From the NCBI GenBank assembly GCA_964247055.1, contig OZ176050.1:744001-808000 (forward strand): a DNA stretch of 64,000 nt. Reading direction: 5' to 3'. A program made the position numbers and the translations under genes. Shown in pieces: positions 10,700-26,000 of this stretch (the stretch's first letter is position 1; every line of letters begins with the position of its first letter). The DNA is from Paragordius varius (taxonomy: Eukaryota > Animalia > Nematomorpha). Below the pieces are notes generated by a model. The model was not told the DNA's origin. It did no database searches and was given only the letters and a program-made list of their open reading frames with translations.

Positions 10700-13600
10700 T
10701 ATGAATTTTTTAAATATTTAAAAAATTTATTTTATACGATTTTAAGAATAAAAATGGCTACCTAAAATCTAAATTTGATCAGGTGATGTCACCATAATTT
10801 TTTTTGGGTAGCCCTATGGTAGTTTCATCATCACCCCAAATATTTTGGGGATCGGACTATAAATGTAATTTTTATGAATTTTTTAAATATTTAAAAAATT
10901 TATTTTATACGATTTTAAAAATATAAATGGCTACCTAAAATCCAAATTTGATCAGGTGATGTCACCATAATTTTTTTGAGGTAGCCCTATGGTAGTTCCA
11001 TCATCACCCCAAATATTTTCGAGATCGGAGTATAAATGTAATTTTTATGAATTTTTTAAATATTTAAAAAATTTATTTTATACGATTTTAAAAAGAAAAA
11101 TGGCTACCTAAAATCCAAATTTGATCAGGTGATGTCGCCATAATTTTTTTTGCGTAGTCCTATGGTAGTTCCATCATCACCCCAAATATTTTGGGGATCG
11201 GACTATAAATGTAATTTTTATGAATATTTAAAAAATTTATTTTATACGATTTTAAAAATAAAAATGGCTACCTAAAATCCAAATTTGATCAGGTGATGTC
11301 ACCATAATTTTTTTTGGGTAGCCCTATGGTAGTTCCATCATCACCCCAAATATTGTCGAGATCGGAGTATAAATGTAATTTTTATGAATTTTTTAAATAT
11401 TTAAAAAATTTATTTTATACGATTTTAAAAATAAAAATGGCTACCTAAAATCCAAATTTGATCAGGGGATGTCGCCATAATTTCTTTTGGGTAGCCCTAT
11501 GGTAGTTCCATCATCACCCCAAATATTTTTGAGATCGGACTTTAAATGTAATTTTTATGAATTTTTTAAATATTTAAAAAATTTATTTTATACGATTTTA
11601 AAAATAAAAATGGCTACCTAAAATCCAAATTTGATCAGGTGATGCCACCATAATTTTTTTTGGGTAGCCCTATGGTAGTTCCATCATCACCCCAAATATT
11701 TTCGAGATCGGAGTATAAATGTAATTTTTATGAATTTTTTAAATATTTAAAAAATTTATTTTATACGATTTTAAAAATAAAAATGGCTAGCTAAAATCCA
11801 AATTTGATCAGGTGATGTCACCATTATTTTTTTTGGGTAGCCCTATGGTAGTTCCATCATCACCCCAAATATTTTCGAGATCGGAGTATAAATGTAATTT
11901 TTATGAATTTTTTAAATATTTAAAAAATTTATTTTATACGATTTTAAGAATAAAAATGGCTACCTAAAATCTAAATTTGATCAGGTGATGTCACCATAAT
12001 TTTTTTTGGGTAGCCCTATGGTAGTTTCATCATCACCCCAAATATTTTGGGGATCGGACTATAAATGTAATTTTTATGAATTTTTTAAATATTTAAAAAA
12101 TTTATTTTATACGATTTTAAAAATATAAATGGCTACCTAAAATCCAAATTTGATCAGGTGATGTCACCATAATTTTTTTGAGGTAGCCCTATGGTAGTTC
12201 CATCATCACCCCAAATATTTTCGAGATCGGAGTATAAATGTAATTTTTATGAATTTTTTAAATATTTAAAAAATTTATTTTATACGATTTTAAAAAGAAA
12301 AATGGCTACCTAAAATCCAAATTTGATCAGGTGATGTCGCCATAATTTTTTTGCGTAGTCCTATGGTAGTTCCATCATCACCCCAAATATTTTGGGGATC
12401 GGACTATAAATGTAATTTTTATGAATATTTAAAAAATTTATTTTATACGATTTTAAAAATAAAAATGGCTACCTAAAATCCAAATTTGATCAGGTGATGT
12501 CACCATAATTTTTTTTGGGTAGCCCTATGGTAGTTCCATCATCACCCCAAATATTGTCGAGATCGGAGTATAAATGTAATTTTTATGAATTTTTTAAATA
12601 TTTAAAAAATTTATTTTATACGATTTTAAAAATAAAAATGGCTACCTAAAATCCAAATTTGATCAGGTGATGTCGCCATAATTTCTTTTGGGTAGCCCTA
12701 TGGTAGTTCCATCATCACCCCAAATATTTTTGAGATCGGACTTTAAATGTAATTTTTATGAATTTTTTAAATATTTAAAAAATTTATTTTATACGATTTT
12801 AAAAATAAAAATGGCTACCTAAAATCCAAATTTGATCAGGTGATGCCACCATAATTTTTTTTGGGTAGCCCTATGGTAGTTCCATCATCACCCCAAATAT
12901 TTTCGAGATCGGAGTATAAATGTAATTTTTATGAATTTTTTAAATATTTAAAAAATTTATTTTATACGATTTTAAGAATAAAAATGGCTACCTAAAATCT
13001 AAATTTGATCAGGTGATGTCACCATAATTTTTTTTGGGTAGCCCTATGGTAGTTTCATCATCACCCCAAATATTTTGGGGATCGGACTATAAATGTAATT
13101 TTTATGAATTTTTTAAATATTTAAAAAATTTATTTTATACGATTTTAAAAAAAAAAATGGCTACCTAAAATCCAAATTTGATCATGTGATGTCACCATAT
13201 TTTTTTTTGTGTAGCCCTATGGTAGTTCCATCATCACCCCAAATATTTTCGAGATCGGAGTATAAATGTAATTTTTATGAATTTTTTAAATATTTAAAAA
13301 ATTTATTTTATAATATTTTAAAAATAAAAATGGCTACCTAAAATCCAAATTTGATCAGGTGATGTCACCATAATTTTTTTTGGGTAGCCCTATGGTAGTT
13401 CCATCATCACCCCAAATATTTTCGAGATCGGAGTATAAATGTAATTTTTATGAATTTTTTAAATATTTAAAAAATTTATTTTATACGATTTTAAAAATAA
13501 AAATGGCTACCTAAAATCCAAATTCGATCAGGTGATGTCGCCATAATTTTTTTTGGGTAGCCCTATAGTAGTTCCATCATCACCCCAAATATTTTCGAGA

Positions 13601-15200
13601 TCGGAGTATAAATGTAATTTTTATGAATTTTTTAAATATTTAAAAAATTTATTTTATACGATTTTAAAAATAAAAATGGCTACCTAAAATCCAAATTTGA
13701 TAAGGTGATGTCGCCATAATTTTTTTTGGGTAGCCCTATGGTAGTTCCATCATCACCCCAAATATTGTCGAGATCGGAGTATAAATGTAATTTTTTTGAA
13801 TTTTTTAAATATTTAAAAAATTTATTTTATACGATTTTAAAAATAAAAATGGCTACCTAAAATCCAAATTTGATCAGGTGATGTCACCATAATTTTTTTT
13901 GGGTAGCCCTATGGTAGTTCCATCATCACCCCAAATATTTTGGGGATCGGACTATAAATATAATTTTTATGAATTTTTTAAATATTTAAAAAATTTATTT
14001 TATACGATTTTAAGAATAAAAATGGCTACCTAAAATCTAAATTTGATCAGGTGATGTCACCATAATTTTTTTTGGGTAGCCCTATGGTAGTTTCATCATC
14101 ACCCCAAATATTTTGGGGATCGGACTATAAATGTAATTTTTATGAATTTTTTAAATATTTAAAAAATTTATTTTATACGATTTTAAAAATATAAATGGCT
14201 ACCTAAAATCCAAATTTGATCAGGTGATGTCACCATAATTTTTTTGAGGTAGCCCTATGGTAGTTCCATCATCACCCCAAATATTTTCGAGATCGGAGTA
14301 TAAATGTAATTTTTATGAATTTTTTAAATATTTAAAAAATTTATTTTATACGATTTTAAAAAGAAAAATGGCTACCTAAAATCCAAATTTGATCAGGTGA
14401 TGTCGCCATAATTTTTTTTGCGTAGTCCTATGGTAGTTCCATCATCACCCCAAATATTTTGGGGATCGGACTATAAATGTAATTTTTATGAATATTTAAA
14501 AAATTTATTTTATACGATTTTAAAAATAAAAATGGCTACCTAAAATCCAAATTTGATCAGGTGATGTCACCATAATTTTTTTTGGGTAGCCCTATGGTAG
14601 TTCCATCATCACCCCAAATATTGTCGAGATCGGAGTATAAATGTAATTTTTATGAATTTTTTAAATATTTAAAAAATTTATTTTATACGATTTTAAAAAT
14701 AAAAATGGCTACCTAAAATCCAAATTTGATCAGGTGATGTCGCCATAATTTCTTTTGGGTAGCCCTATGGTAGTTCCATCATCACCCCAAATATTTTTGA
14801 GATCGGACTTTAAATGTAATTTTTATGAATTTTTTAAATATTTAAAAAATTTATTTTATACGATTTTAAAAATAAAAATGGCTACCTAAAATCCAAATTT
14901 GATCAGGTGATGCCACCATAATTTTTTTTGGGTAGCCCTATGGTAGTTCCATCATCACCCCAAATATTTTCGAGATCGGAGTATAAATGTAATTTTTATG
15001 AATTTTTTAAATATTTAAAAAATTTATTTTATACGATTTTAAAAATAAAAATGGCTACCTAAAATCCAAATTTGATCAGGTGATGTCACCATTATTTTTT
15101 TTGGGTAGCCCTATGGTAGTTCCATCATCACCCCAAATATTTTCGAGATCGGAGTATAAATGTAATTTTTATGAATTTTTTAAATATTTAAAAAATTTAT
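10700..15200. repeat. Recurrent variant cassette at 7- and 12-monomer offsets (1201 and 2067 bp)
   Basis: 9-bp deletion junctions at 11224/12425/14492 and tttcttttg at 11484/12685/14752, together with the linked aaaagaaaaa, gcgtagtcc and gatgccacc variants. Confidence 0.88.
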
Positions 15201-16099
15201 TTTATACGATATTAAAAATAAAAATGGCTACCTAAAATCCAAATTTGATCAGGTGATGTCACCATAATTTTTTTTGGGTAGCCCTATGGTAATTCCATCA
15301 TCACCCCAAATATTGTCGAGATCGGAGTATAAATGTAATTTTTATGAATTTTTTAAATATTTAAAAAATTTATTTTATACGATTTTAAAAATAAAAATGG
15401 CTACCTAAAATCCAAATTTGATCAGGTGATGTCGCCATAATTTTTTTTGGGTAGCCCTATAGTAGTTCCATCATCACCCCAAATATTTTAGAGATCGGAG
15501 TATAAATGTAATTTTTATGAATTTTTTAAATATTTAAAAAATTTATTTTATACGGGCTACCTAAAATCCAAATTTGATCAGGTGATGTCACTATAATTTT
15601 TTTGGGTAGCCCTATGGTAGTTCCATCATCACCCCAAATATTGTCGAGATCGGAGTATAAATGTAATTTTTATGAATTTTTTAAATATTTAAAAAATTTA
15701 TTTTATACGATTTTAAAAATAAAAATGGCTACCTAAAATCCAAATTTGATCAGGTGATGTCACCATAATTTTTTTTGGGTAGCCCTATGGTAGTTCCATC
15801 ATCACCCCAAATATTTTCGAGATCGGAGTATAAATGTAATTTTTATGAATTTTTTAAATATTCAAAAAATTTATTTTATACGATTTTAAAAATAAAAATG
15901 GCTACCTAACCAAATTTGATCAGGTGATGTCACTATAATTTTTTTGGGTAGCCCTATGGTAGTTCCATCATCACCCCAAATATTGTCGAGATCGGAGTAT
16001 AAATGTAATTTTTATGAATTTTTTAAATATTTAAAAAATTTATTTTATACGATTTTAAAAATAAAAATGGCTACCTAAAATCCAAATTTGATCAGGTGA

Positions 16100-19000
16100 T
16101 GTCACCATAATTTTTTTTGGGTAGCCCTATGGTAGTTCCATCATCACCCCAAATATTTTCGAGATCGAAGTATAAATGTAATTTTTATGAATTTTTTAAA
16201 TATTTAAAAAATTTATTTTATACGATTTTAAAAATAAAAATGGCTACCTAAAATCCAAATTTGATCAGGTGATGTCGCCATAATTTTTTTTGGGTAGCCC
16301 TAAGGTAGTTCCATCATCACCCCAAATATTTTGGGGATCGGACTATAAATGTAATTTTTATGAATTTTTTAAATATTTAAAAAATTTATTTTATACGATT
16401 TTAAAAATAAAAATGGCTACCTAAAATCCAAATTTGATCAGGTGATGTCACCATAATTTTTTTTGGGTAGCCCTATGGTAGTTCCATCATCACATCAAAT
16501 ATTTTGGGGATCGGACTATAAATGTAATTTTTATGAATTTTTTAAATATTTAAAAAATTTATTTTATACGATTTTAAAAATAAAAATGGCTACCTAAAAT
16601 CCAAATTTGATCAGGTGATGTCGCCATAATTTTTTTTGGGTAGCCCTATGGTAGTTCCATCATCACCCCAAATATTTTCGAGATCGGAGTATAAATGTAA
16701 TTTTTTATGAATTTTTTAAATATTTAAAAAATTTATTTTATACGATTTTAAAAATAAAAATGGCTACCTAAAATCCAAATTTGATCAGGTGATGTCACTA
16801 TAATTTTTTTGGGTAGCCCTATGGTAGTTCCATCATCACCCCAAATATTTTGGGGATCGGACTATAAATGTAATTTTTATGAATTTTTTAAATATTTAAA
16901 AAATTTATTTTATACGATTTTAAAAATAAAAATGGCTACCTAAAATCCAAATTTGATCAGGTGATGTCGCCATAATTTTTTTTGGGTAGCCCTATGGTAG
17001 TTCCATCATCACCCCAAATATTTTCGAGATCGGAGTATAAATGTAATTTTTATGAATTTTTTAAATATTTAAAAAATTTATTTTATACGATATTAAAAAT
17101 AAAAATGGCTACCTAAAATCCAAATTTGATCAGGTGATGTCACTATAATTTTTTTTGGGTAGCCCTATGGTAGTTCCATCATCACCCCAAATATTTTCGA
17201 GATCGGAGTATAAATGTAATTTTTATGAATTTTTTAAATATTTAAAAAATTTATTTTATACGATTTTAAAAATAAAAATGGCTACCTAAAATCCAAATTT
17301 GATCAGGTGATGTCACTATAATTTTTATGGGTAGCCCTATGGTAGTTCCATCATCACCCCAAATATTTTCGAGATCGGAGTATAAATGTAATTTTTATGA
17401 ATTTTTTAAATATTTAAAAAATTTATTTTATACGATTTTAAAAATAAAAATGGCTACCTAAAATCCAAATTTGATCAGGTGATGTCACTATAATTTTTTT
17501 GGGTAGCCCTATGGTAGTTCCATCATCACCCCAAATATTTTCAAGATCGGAGTATAAATGTAATTTTTATGAATTTTTTAAATATTTAAAAAATTTATTT
17601 TATACGATTTTAAAAATAAAAATGGCTACCTAAAATCCAAATTTGATCAGGTGATGTCACTATAATTTTTTTGGGTAGCCCTATGGTAGTTCCATCATCA
17701 CCCCAAATATTGTCGAGATCGGAGTATAAATGTAATTTTTATGAATTTTTTAAATATTTAAAAAATTTATTTTATACGATTTTAAAAATAAAAATGGCTA
17801 CCTAAAATCCAAATTTGATCAGGTGATGTCACCATAATTTTTTTTGGGTAGCCCTATGGTAGTTCCATCATCACCCCAAATATTTTCGAGATCGGAATAT
17901 AAATGTAATTTTTATGAATTTTTTAAATATTTAAAAAATTTATTTTATACGATTTTAAAAATAAAAATGGCTACCTAAAATCCAAATTTAATCAGGTGAT
18001 GTCACCATAATTTTTTTTGGGTAGCCCTATGGTAGTTCCATCATCACCCCAAATATTTTCGAGATCGGAGTATAAATGTAATTTTTATGAATTTTTTAAA
18101 TATTTAAAAAATTTATTTTATACGATTTTAAAAAAAAATGGCTACCTAAAATCCAAATTTGATCAGGTGATGTCACTATAATTTTTTTTGGGTAGCCCTA
18201 TGGTAGTTCCATCATCACCCCAAATATTTTCGAGATCGAAGTATAAATGTAATTTTTATGAATTTTTTAAATATTTAAAAAATTTATTTTATACGATTTT
18301 AAAAATAAAAATGGCTACCTAAAATCCAAATTTGATCAGGTGATGTCGCCATAATTTTTTTTGGGTAGCCCTATGGTAGTTCCATCATCACCCCAAATAT
18401 TTTAGGGATCGGACTATAAATGTAATTTTTATGAATTTTTTAAATATTTAAAAAATTTATTTTATACGATTTTAAAAATAAAAATGGCTACCTAAAATCC
18501 AAATTTGATCAGGTGATGTCACCATAATTTTTTTTGGGTAGCCCTATGGTAGTTCCATCATCACATCAAATATTTTCGAGATCGGAGTAAAAATGTAATT
18601 TTTATGAATTTTTTAAATATTTAAAAAATTTATTTTATACGATTTTAAAAATAAAAATGGCTACCTAAAATCCAAATTTGATCAGGTGATGTCACTATAA
18701 TTTTTTTGGGTAGCCCTATGGTAGTTCCATCATCACCCCAAATATTTTGGGGATCGGACTATAAATGTAATTTTTATGATTTTTTTAAATATTTAAAAAA
18801 TTTATTTTATACGATTTTAAAAATTAAAATGGCTACCTAAAATCCAAATTTGTACAGGTGATGTCGCCATAATTTTTTTTGGGTAGCCCTATGGTAGTTC
18901 CATCATCACCCCAAATATTTTCGAGATCGGTGTATAAATGTAATTTTTATGAATTTTTTAAATATTTAAAAAATTTATTTTATACGATATTAAAAATAAA

Positions 19001-21600
19001 AATGGCTACCTAAAATCCAAATTTGATCAGGTGATGTCACTATAATTTTTTTGGGTAGCCCTATGGTAGTTCCATCATCACCCCAAATATTTTCAAGATC
19101 GGAGAAATGTAATTTTTATCAATTTTTTAAATATTTAAAAAATTTATTTTATACGATTTTAAAAATAAAAATGGCTACCTAAAATCCAAATTTGATCAGG
19201 TGATGTCACTATAATTTTTTTGGGTAGCCCTATGGTAGTTCCATCATCACCCCAAATATTGTCGAGATCGGAGTATAAATGTAATTTTTATGAATTTTTT
19301 AAATATTTAAAAAATTTATTTTATACGATTTTAAAAATAAAAATGGCTACCTAAAATCCAAATTTGATCAGGTGATGTCACCATAATTTTTTTTGCGTAG
19401 CCCTATGGTAGTTCCTTCATCACCCCAAATATTTTGGGGATCGGACTATAAATGTAATTTTTATGAATTTTTTAAATATTTAAAAAATTTATTTTATACG
19501 ATTTTAAAAATAAAAATGGCTACCTAAAATCCAAATTTGATCAGGTGATGTCACCATAATTTTTTTTGGGTAGCCCTATGGTAGTTCCATCATCACCCCA
19601 AATATTGTCGAGATCGGAGTATAAATGTAATTTTTTTGAATTATTTAAATATTTAAAAAATTTATTTTATACGATTTTAAAAATAAAAATGGCTACCTAA
19701 AATCCAAATTTGATCAGGTGATGTCACCATAATTTTTTTTGGGTAGCCCTATGGTAGTTCCATCATCACCCCAAATATTTTCGAGATCGGAGTATAAATG
19801 TAATTTTTATGAATTTTTTAAAAATTTAAAAAATTTATTTTATACGATATTAAAAATAAAAATGGCTACCTAAAATCCAAATTTGATCAGGTAATGTCGC
19901 CATAATTTTTTTTGGGTAGCCCTATAGTAGTTCCATCATCACCCCAAATATTTTCGAGATCGGAGTATAAATGTAATTTTTATGAATTTTTTAAATATTT
20001 AAAAAATTTATTTTATACGATTTTAAAAAAAAAATGGCTACCTAAAATCCAAATTTGATCAGGTGATGTCACTATAATTTTTTTGGGTAGCCCTATGGTA
20101 GTTCCATCATCACCCCAAATATTTTCGAGATCGAAGTATAAATGTAATTTTTATGAATTTTTTAAATATTTAAAAAATTTATTTTATACGATTTTAAAAA
20201 TAAAAATGGCTACCTAAAATCCAAATTTGATCAGGTGATGTCGCCATAATTTATTTTGGGTAGCCCTATGGTAGTTCCATCATCACCCCAAATATTTTGG
20301 GGATCGGACTATAAATGTAATTTTTATGAATTTTTTAAATATTTAAAAAATTTATTTTATACGATTGTAAAAATAAAAATGGCTACCTAAAATCCAAATT
20401 TGATCAGGTGATGTCACCATAATTTTTTTTGGGTAGCCCTATGGTAGTTCCATCATCACCCCAAATATTGTCGAGATCGGAGTATAAATGTAATTTTTAT
20501 GAATTTTTTAAATATTTAAAAAATTTATTTTATACGATTTTAAAAATAAAAATGGCTACCTAAAATCCAAATTTGATCAGGTGATGTCGCCATAATTTTT
20601 TTTGGGTAGCCCTATGGTAGTTCCATCATCACATCAAATATTTTCGAGATCGGAGTATAAATGTAATTTTTATGAATTTTTTAAATATTTAAAAAATTTA
20701 TTTTATACGATTTTAAAAATAAAAATGGCTACCTAAAATCCAAATTTGATCAGGTGATGTCACTATAATTTTTTTGGGTAGCCCTATGGTAGTTCCATCA
20801 TCACCCCAAATATTTTGGGGATCGGACTATAAATGTAATTTTTATGAATTTTTTAAATATTTAAAAAATTTATTTTATACGATTTTAAAAATAAAAATGG
20901 CTACCTAAAATCCAAATTTGATCAGGTGATGTCGCCATAATTTATTTTGGGTAGCCCTATGGTAGTTCCATCATCACCCCAAATATTTTATAATCGGACT
21001 ATAAATGTAATTTTTATGAATTTTTTAAATATTTAAAAAATTTATTTTATACGATTTTAAAAATAAAAATGGCTACCTAAAATCCAAATTTGATCAGGTG
21101 ATGTCGCCATAATTTATTTTGGGTAGCCCTATGGTAGTTCCATCATCACCCCAAATATTGTCGAGATCGGAGTATAAATGTAATTTTTATGAATTTTTTA
21201 AATATTTAAAAAATTTATTTTATACGATTTTAAAAATAAAAATGGCTACCTAAAATCCAAATTTGATCAGGTGATGTCGCCATAATTTTTTTTGGATAGC
21301 CCTATGGTAGTTCCATCATCACATCAAATATTTTCGAGATCGGAGTATAAATGTAATTTTTATGAATTTTTTAAATATTTAAAAAATTTATTTTATACGA
21401 TTTTAAAAATAAAAATGGCTACCTAAAATCCAAATTTGATCAGGTGATGTCACTATAATTTTTTTGGGTAGCCCTATGGTAGTTCCATCATCACCCCAAA
21501 TATTTTGGGGATCGGACTATAAATGTAATTTTTATGAATTTTTTAAATATTTAAAAAATTTATTTTATACGATTTTAAAAATAAAAATGGCTACCTAAAA
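16100..21600. repeat. Degenerate 11-12-monomer higher-order repeat with many private changes
   Basis: gatcgaag at 16168/18239/20134 (offsets 2071, 1895); cacatcaa at 16494/18565/20633 and 21323 (2071, 2068, then 690 = 4-mer). Confidence 0.75.
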
Positions 21601-23099
21601 TCCAAATTTGATCAGGTGATGTCGCCATAATTTTTTTTGGGTAGCCCTATGGTAGTTCCATCATCACCCCAAATATTTTCGAGATCGGAGTATAAATGTA
21701 ATTTTTATGAATTTTTTAAATATTTAAAAAATTTTGTTTATACGATTTTAAAAATAAAAATGGCTACCTAAAATCCAAATTTGATCAGGTGATGTCACTA
21801 TAATTTTTATGGGTAGCCCTATGGTAGTTCCATCATCACCCCAAATATTTTCGAGATCGGAGTATAAATGTAATTTTTATGAATTTTTTAAATATTTAAA
21901 AAATTTATTTTATACGATTTTAAAAATAAAAATGGCTACCTAAAATCCAAATTTGATCAGGTGATGTCGCCATAATTTTTTTTGGGTAGCCCTATTCCAT
22001 CATCACCCCAAATATTGTCGAGATCGGAGTATAAATGTAATTTTTATGAATTTTTTAAATATTTAAAAAATTTATTTTATACGATTTTAAAAATAAAAAT
22101 GGCTACCTAAAATCCAAATTTGATCAGGTGATGTCACCATAATTTTTTTTGCGTAGCCCTATGGTAGTTCTATCATCACCGCAAATATTTTCGAGATCGG
22201 AGTATAAATGTAATTTTTATGAATTTTTTAAATATTTAAAAAATTTATTTTATACGATATTAAAAATAAAAATGGCTGCCTAAAATCCAAATTTGATCAG
22301 GTGATGTCACTATAATTTTTTTTGGGTAGCCCTATGGTAGTTCCATCATCACCCCAAATATTTTCGAGATCGGAGTATAAATGTAATTTTTATGAATTTT
22401 TTAAATATTTAAAAAATTTATTTTATACGATTTTAAAAATAAAAATGGGTACCTAAAATCCAAATTTGATCAGGTGATGTCACTATAATTTTTATGGATA
22501 GCCCTATATTAGTTCCATCATCACCCCAAATATTTTGGGGATCGGACTATAAATGTAATTTTTATGAATTTTTTAAATATTTAAAAAATTTATTTTATAC
22601 GATTTTAAAAATAAAAATGGCTACCTAAAATCCAAATTTGATCAGGTGATGTCGCCATAATTTTTTTTGGGTAGCCCTATCACCCCAAATATTTTCGAGA
22701 TCGGAGTATAAATGTAATTTTTATGAATTTTTTAAATATTTAAAAAATTTATTTTATACGATTTTAAAAATAAAAATGGCTACCTAAAATCCAAATTTGA
22801 TCAGGTGATGTCGCCATAATTTTTTTTGGGTAGCCCTATAGTAGTTCCATCATCACCCCAAATATTTTGGGGATCGGACTATAAATGTAATTTTTATGAA
22901 TTTTTTAAATATTTAAAAAATTTATTTTATACGATTTTAAAAATAAAAATGGCTACCTAAAATCCAAATTTGATCAGGTGATGTCACCATAATTTTTTTT
23001 GGGTAGCCCTATGGTAGTTCCATCATCACCCCAAATATTTTCGAGATCGGAGTATAAATGTAATTTTTATGAATTTTTTAAATATTTAAAAAATTTATT

Positions 23100-26000
23100 T
23101 TATACGATTTTAAAAATAAAAATGGCTACCTAAAATCCAAATTTGATCAGGTGATGTCGCCATAATTTTTTTTGGGTAGCCCTATTCCATCATCACCCCA
23201 AATATTGTCGAGATCGTAGTATAAATGTAATTTTTATGAATTTTTTAAATATTTAAAAAAATTATTTTATACGATTTTAAAAAAAAAATGGCTACCTAAA
23301 ATCCAAATTTGATCAGGTGATGTCACCATAATTTTTTTTGCGTAGCCCTATGGTATTTCCATCATCACCCCAAATATTTTGGGGATCGGACTATAAATGT
23401 AATTTTTTTAAATATTTAAAAAATTTTGTTTATACGATTTTAAAAATAAAAATGGCTACCTAAAATCCAAATTTGATCAGGTGATGTCACTATAATTTTT
23501 ATGGGTAGCCCTATGGTAGTTCCATCATCACCCCAAATATTTTCGAGATCGGAGTATAAATGTAATTTTTATGAATTTTTTAAATATTTAAAAAATTTAT
23601 TTTATACGATTTTAAAAATAAAAATGGCTACCTAAAATCTAAATTTGATCAGGTGATGTCGCCATAATTTTTTTTGGGTAGCCCTATAGTAGTTCCATCA
23701 TCACCCCAAATATTTTGGGGATCGGAGTATAAATGTAATTTTTATGAATTTTTTAAATATTTAAAAAATTTATTTTATACGATTTTAAAAATAAAAATGG
23801 CTACCTATTATCCAAATTTGATCAGGTGATGTCACCATAATTTTTTTTGCGTAGCCCTATGGTAGTTCCATCATCACCCCAAATATTTTCGAGATCGGAG
23901 TATAAATGTAATTTTTATGAATTTTTTAAATATTTAAAAAAATTATTTTATACGATTTTAAAAAAAAATGGCTACCTAAAATCCAAATTTGATCAGGTGA
24001 TGTCACCATAATTTTTTTTGCGTAGCCCTATGGTATTTCCATCATCACCCCAAATATTTTGGGGATCGGACTATAAATGTAATTTTTTTAAATATTTAAA
24101 AAATTTATTTTATACGATTTTAAAAATAAAAATGGCTACCTAAAATCCAAATTTGATCAGGTGATGTCACCATAATTTTTTTTGGGTAGCCCTATGGTAG
24201 TTCCATCATCACCCCAAATATTGTCGAGATCGGAGTATAAATGTAATTTTTTTGAATTTTTTAAATATTTAAAAAATTTATTTTATACGATTTTAAAAAT
24301 AAAAATGGCTACCTAAAATCCAAATTTGATCAGGTGATGTCACCATAATTTTTTTTGCGTAGCCCTATGGTAGTTCCATCATCACCCCAAATATTTTGGG
24401 GATCGGACTATAAATGTAATTTTTATGAATTTTTTAAATATTTAAAAAATTTATTTTATACGATTTTAAAAATAAAAATGGCTACCTAAAATCCAAATTT
24501 GATCAGGTGATGTCGCCATAATTTTTTTTGGGTAGCCCTATGGTAGTTCCATCATCACCCCAAATATTTTGGGGATCGGACTATAAATGTAATTTTTATG
24601 AATTTTTTAAATATTTAAAAAATTTATTTTATACGATTTTAAAAATAAAAATGGCTACCTAAAATCCAAATTTGATCAGGTGATGTCGCCATAATTTTTT
24701 TTGGGTAGCCCTATTCCATCATCACCCCAAATATTGTCGAGATCGGAGTATAAATGTAATTTTTATGAATTTTTTAAATATTTAAAAAATTTATTTTATA
24801 CGATTTTAAAAATAAAAATGGCTACCTATTATCCAAATTTGATCAGGTGATGTCACCATAATTTTTTTTGCGTAGCCCTATGGTAGTTCCATCATCACCC
24901 CAAATATTTTCGAGATCGGAGTATAAATGTAATTTTTATGAATTTTTTAAATATTTAAAAAAATTATTTTATACGATTTTAAAAAAAAAATGGCTACCTA
25001 AAATCCAAATTTGATCAGGTGATGTCACCATAATTTTTTTTGCGTAGCCCTATGGTATTTCCATCATCACCCCAAATATTTTGGGGATCGGACTATAAAT
25101 GTAATTTTTTTAAATATTTAAAAAATTTATTTTATACGATTTTAAAAATAAAAATGGCTACCTAAAATCCAAATTTGATCAGGTGATGTCACCATAATTT
25201 TTTTTGGGTAGCCCTATGGTAGTTCCATCATCACCCCAAATATTGTCGAGATCGGAGTATAAATGTAATTTTTTTGAATTTTTTAAATATTTAAAAAATT
25301 TATTTTATACGATTTTAAAAATAAAAATGGCTACCTAAAATCCAAATTTGATCAGGTGATGTCACCATAATTTTTTTTGCGTAGCCCTATGGTAGTTCCA
25401 TCATCACCCCAAATATTTTGGGGATCGGACTATAAATGTAATTTTTATGAATTTTTTAAATATTTAAAAAATTTATTTTATACGATTTTAAAAATAAAAA
25501 TGGCTACCTAAAATCCAAATTTGATCAGGTGATGTCACCATAATTTTTTTTGCGTAGCCCTATGGTAGTTCCATCATCACCCCAAATATTTTCGAGATCG
25601 GAGTATAAATGTAATTTTTATGAATTTTTTAAATATTTAAAAAAATTATTTTATACGATTTTAAAAAAAAAATGGCTACCTAAAATCCAAATTTGATCAG
25701 GTGATGTCACCATAATTTTTTTTGCGTAGCCCTATGGTATTTCCATCATCACCCCAAATATTTTGGGGATCGGACTATAAATGTAATTTTTTTAAATATT
25801 TAAAAAATTTATTTTATACGATTTTAAAAATAAAAATGGCTACCTAAAATCCAAATTTGATCAGGTGATGTCACCATAATTTTTTTTGGGTAGCCCTATG
25901 GTAGTTCCATCATCACCCCAAATATTGTCGAGATCGGAGTATAAATGTAATTTTTTTGAATTTTTTAAATATTTAAAAAATTTATTTTATACGATTTTAA

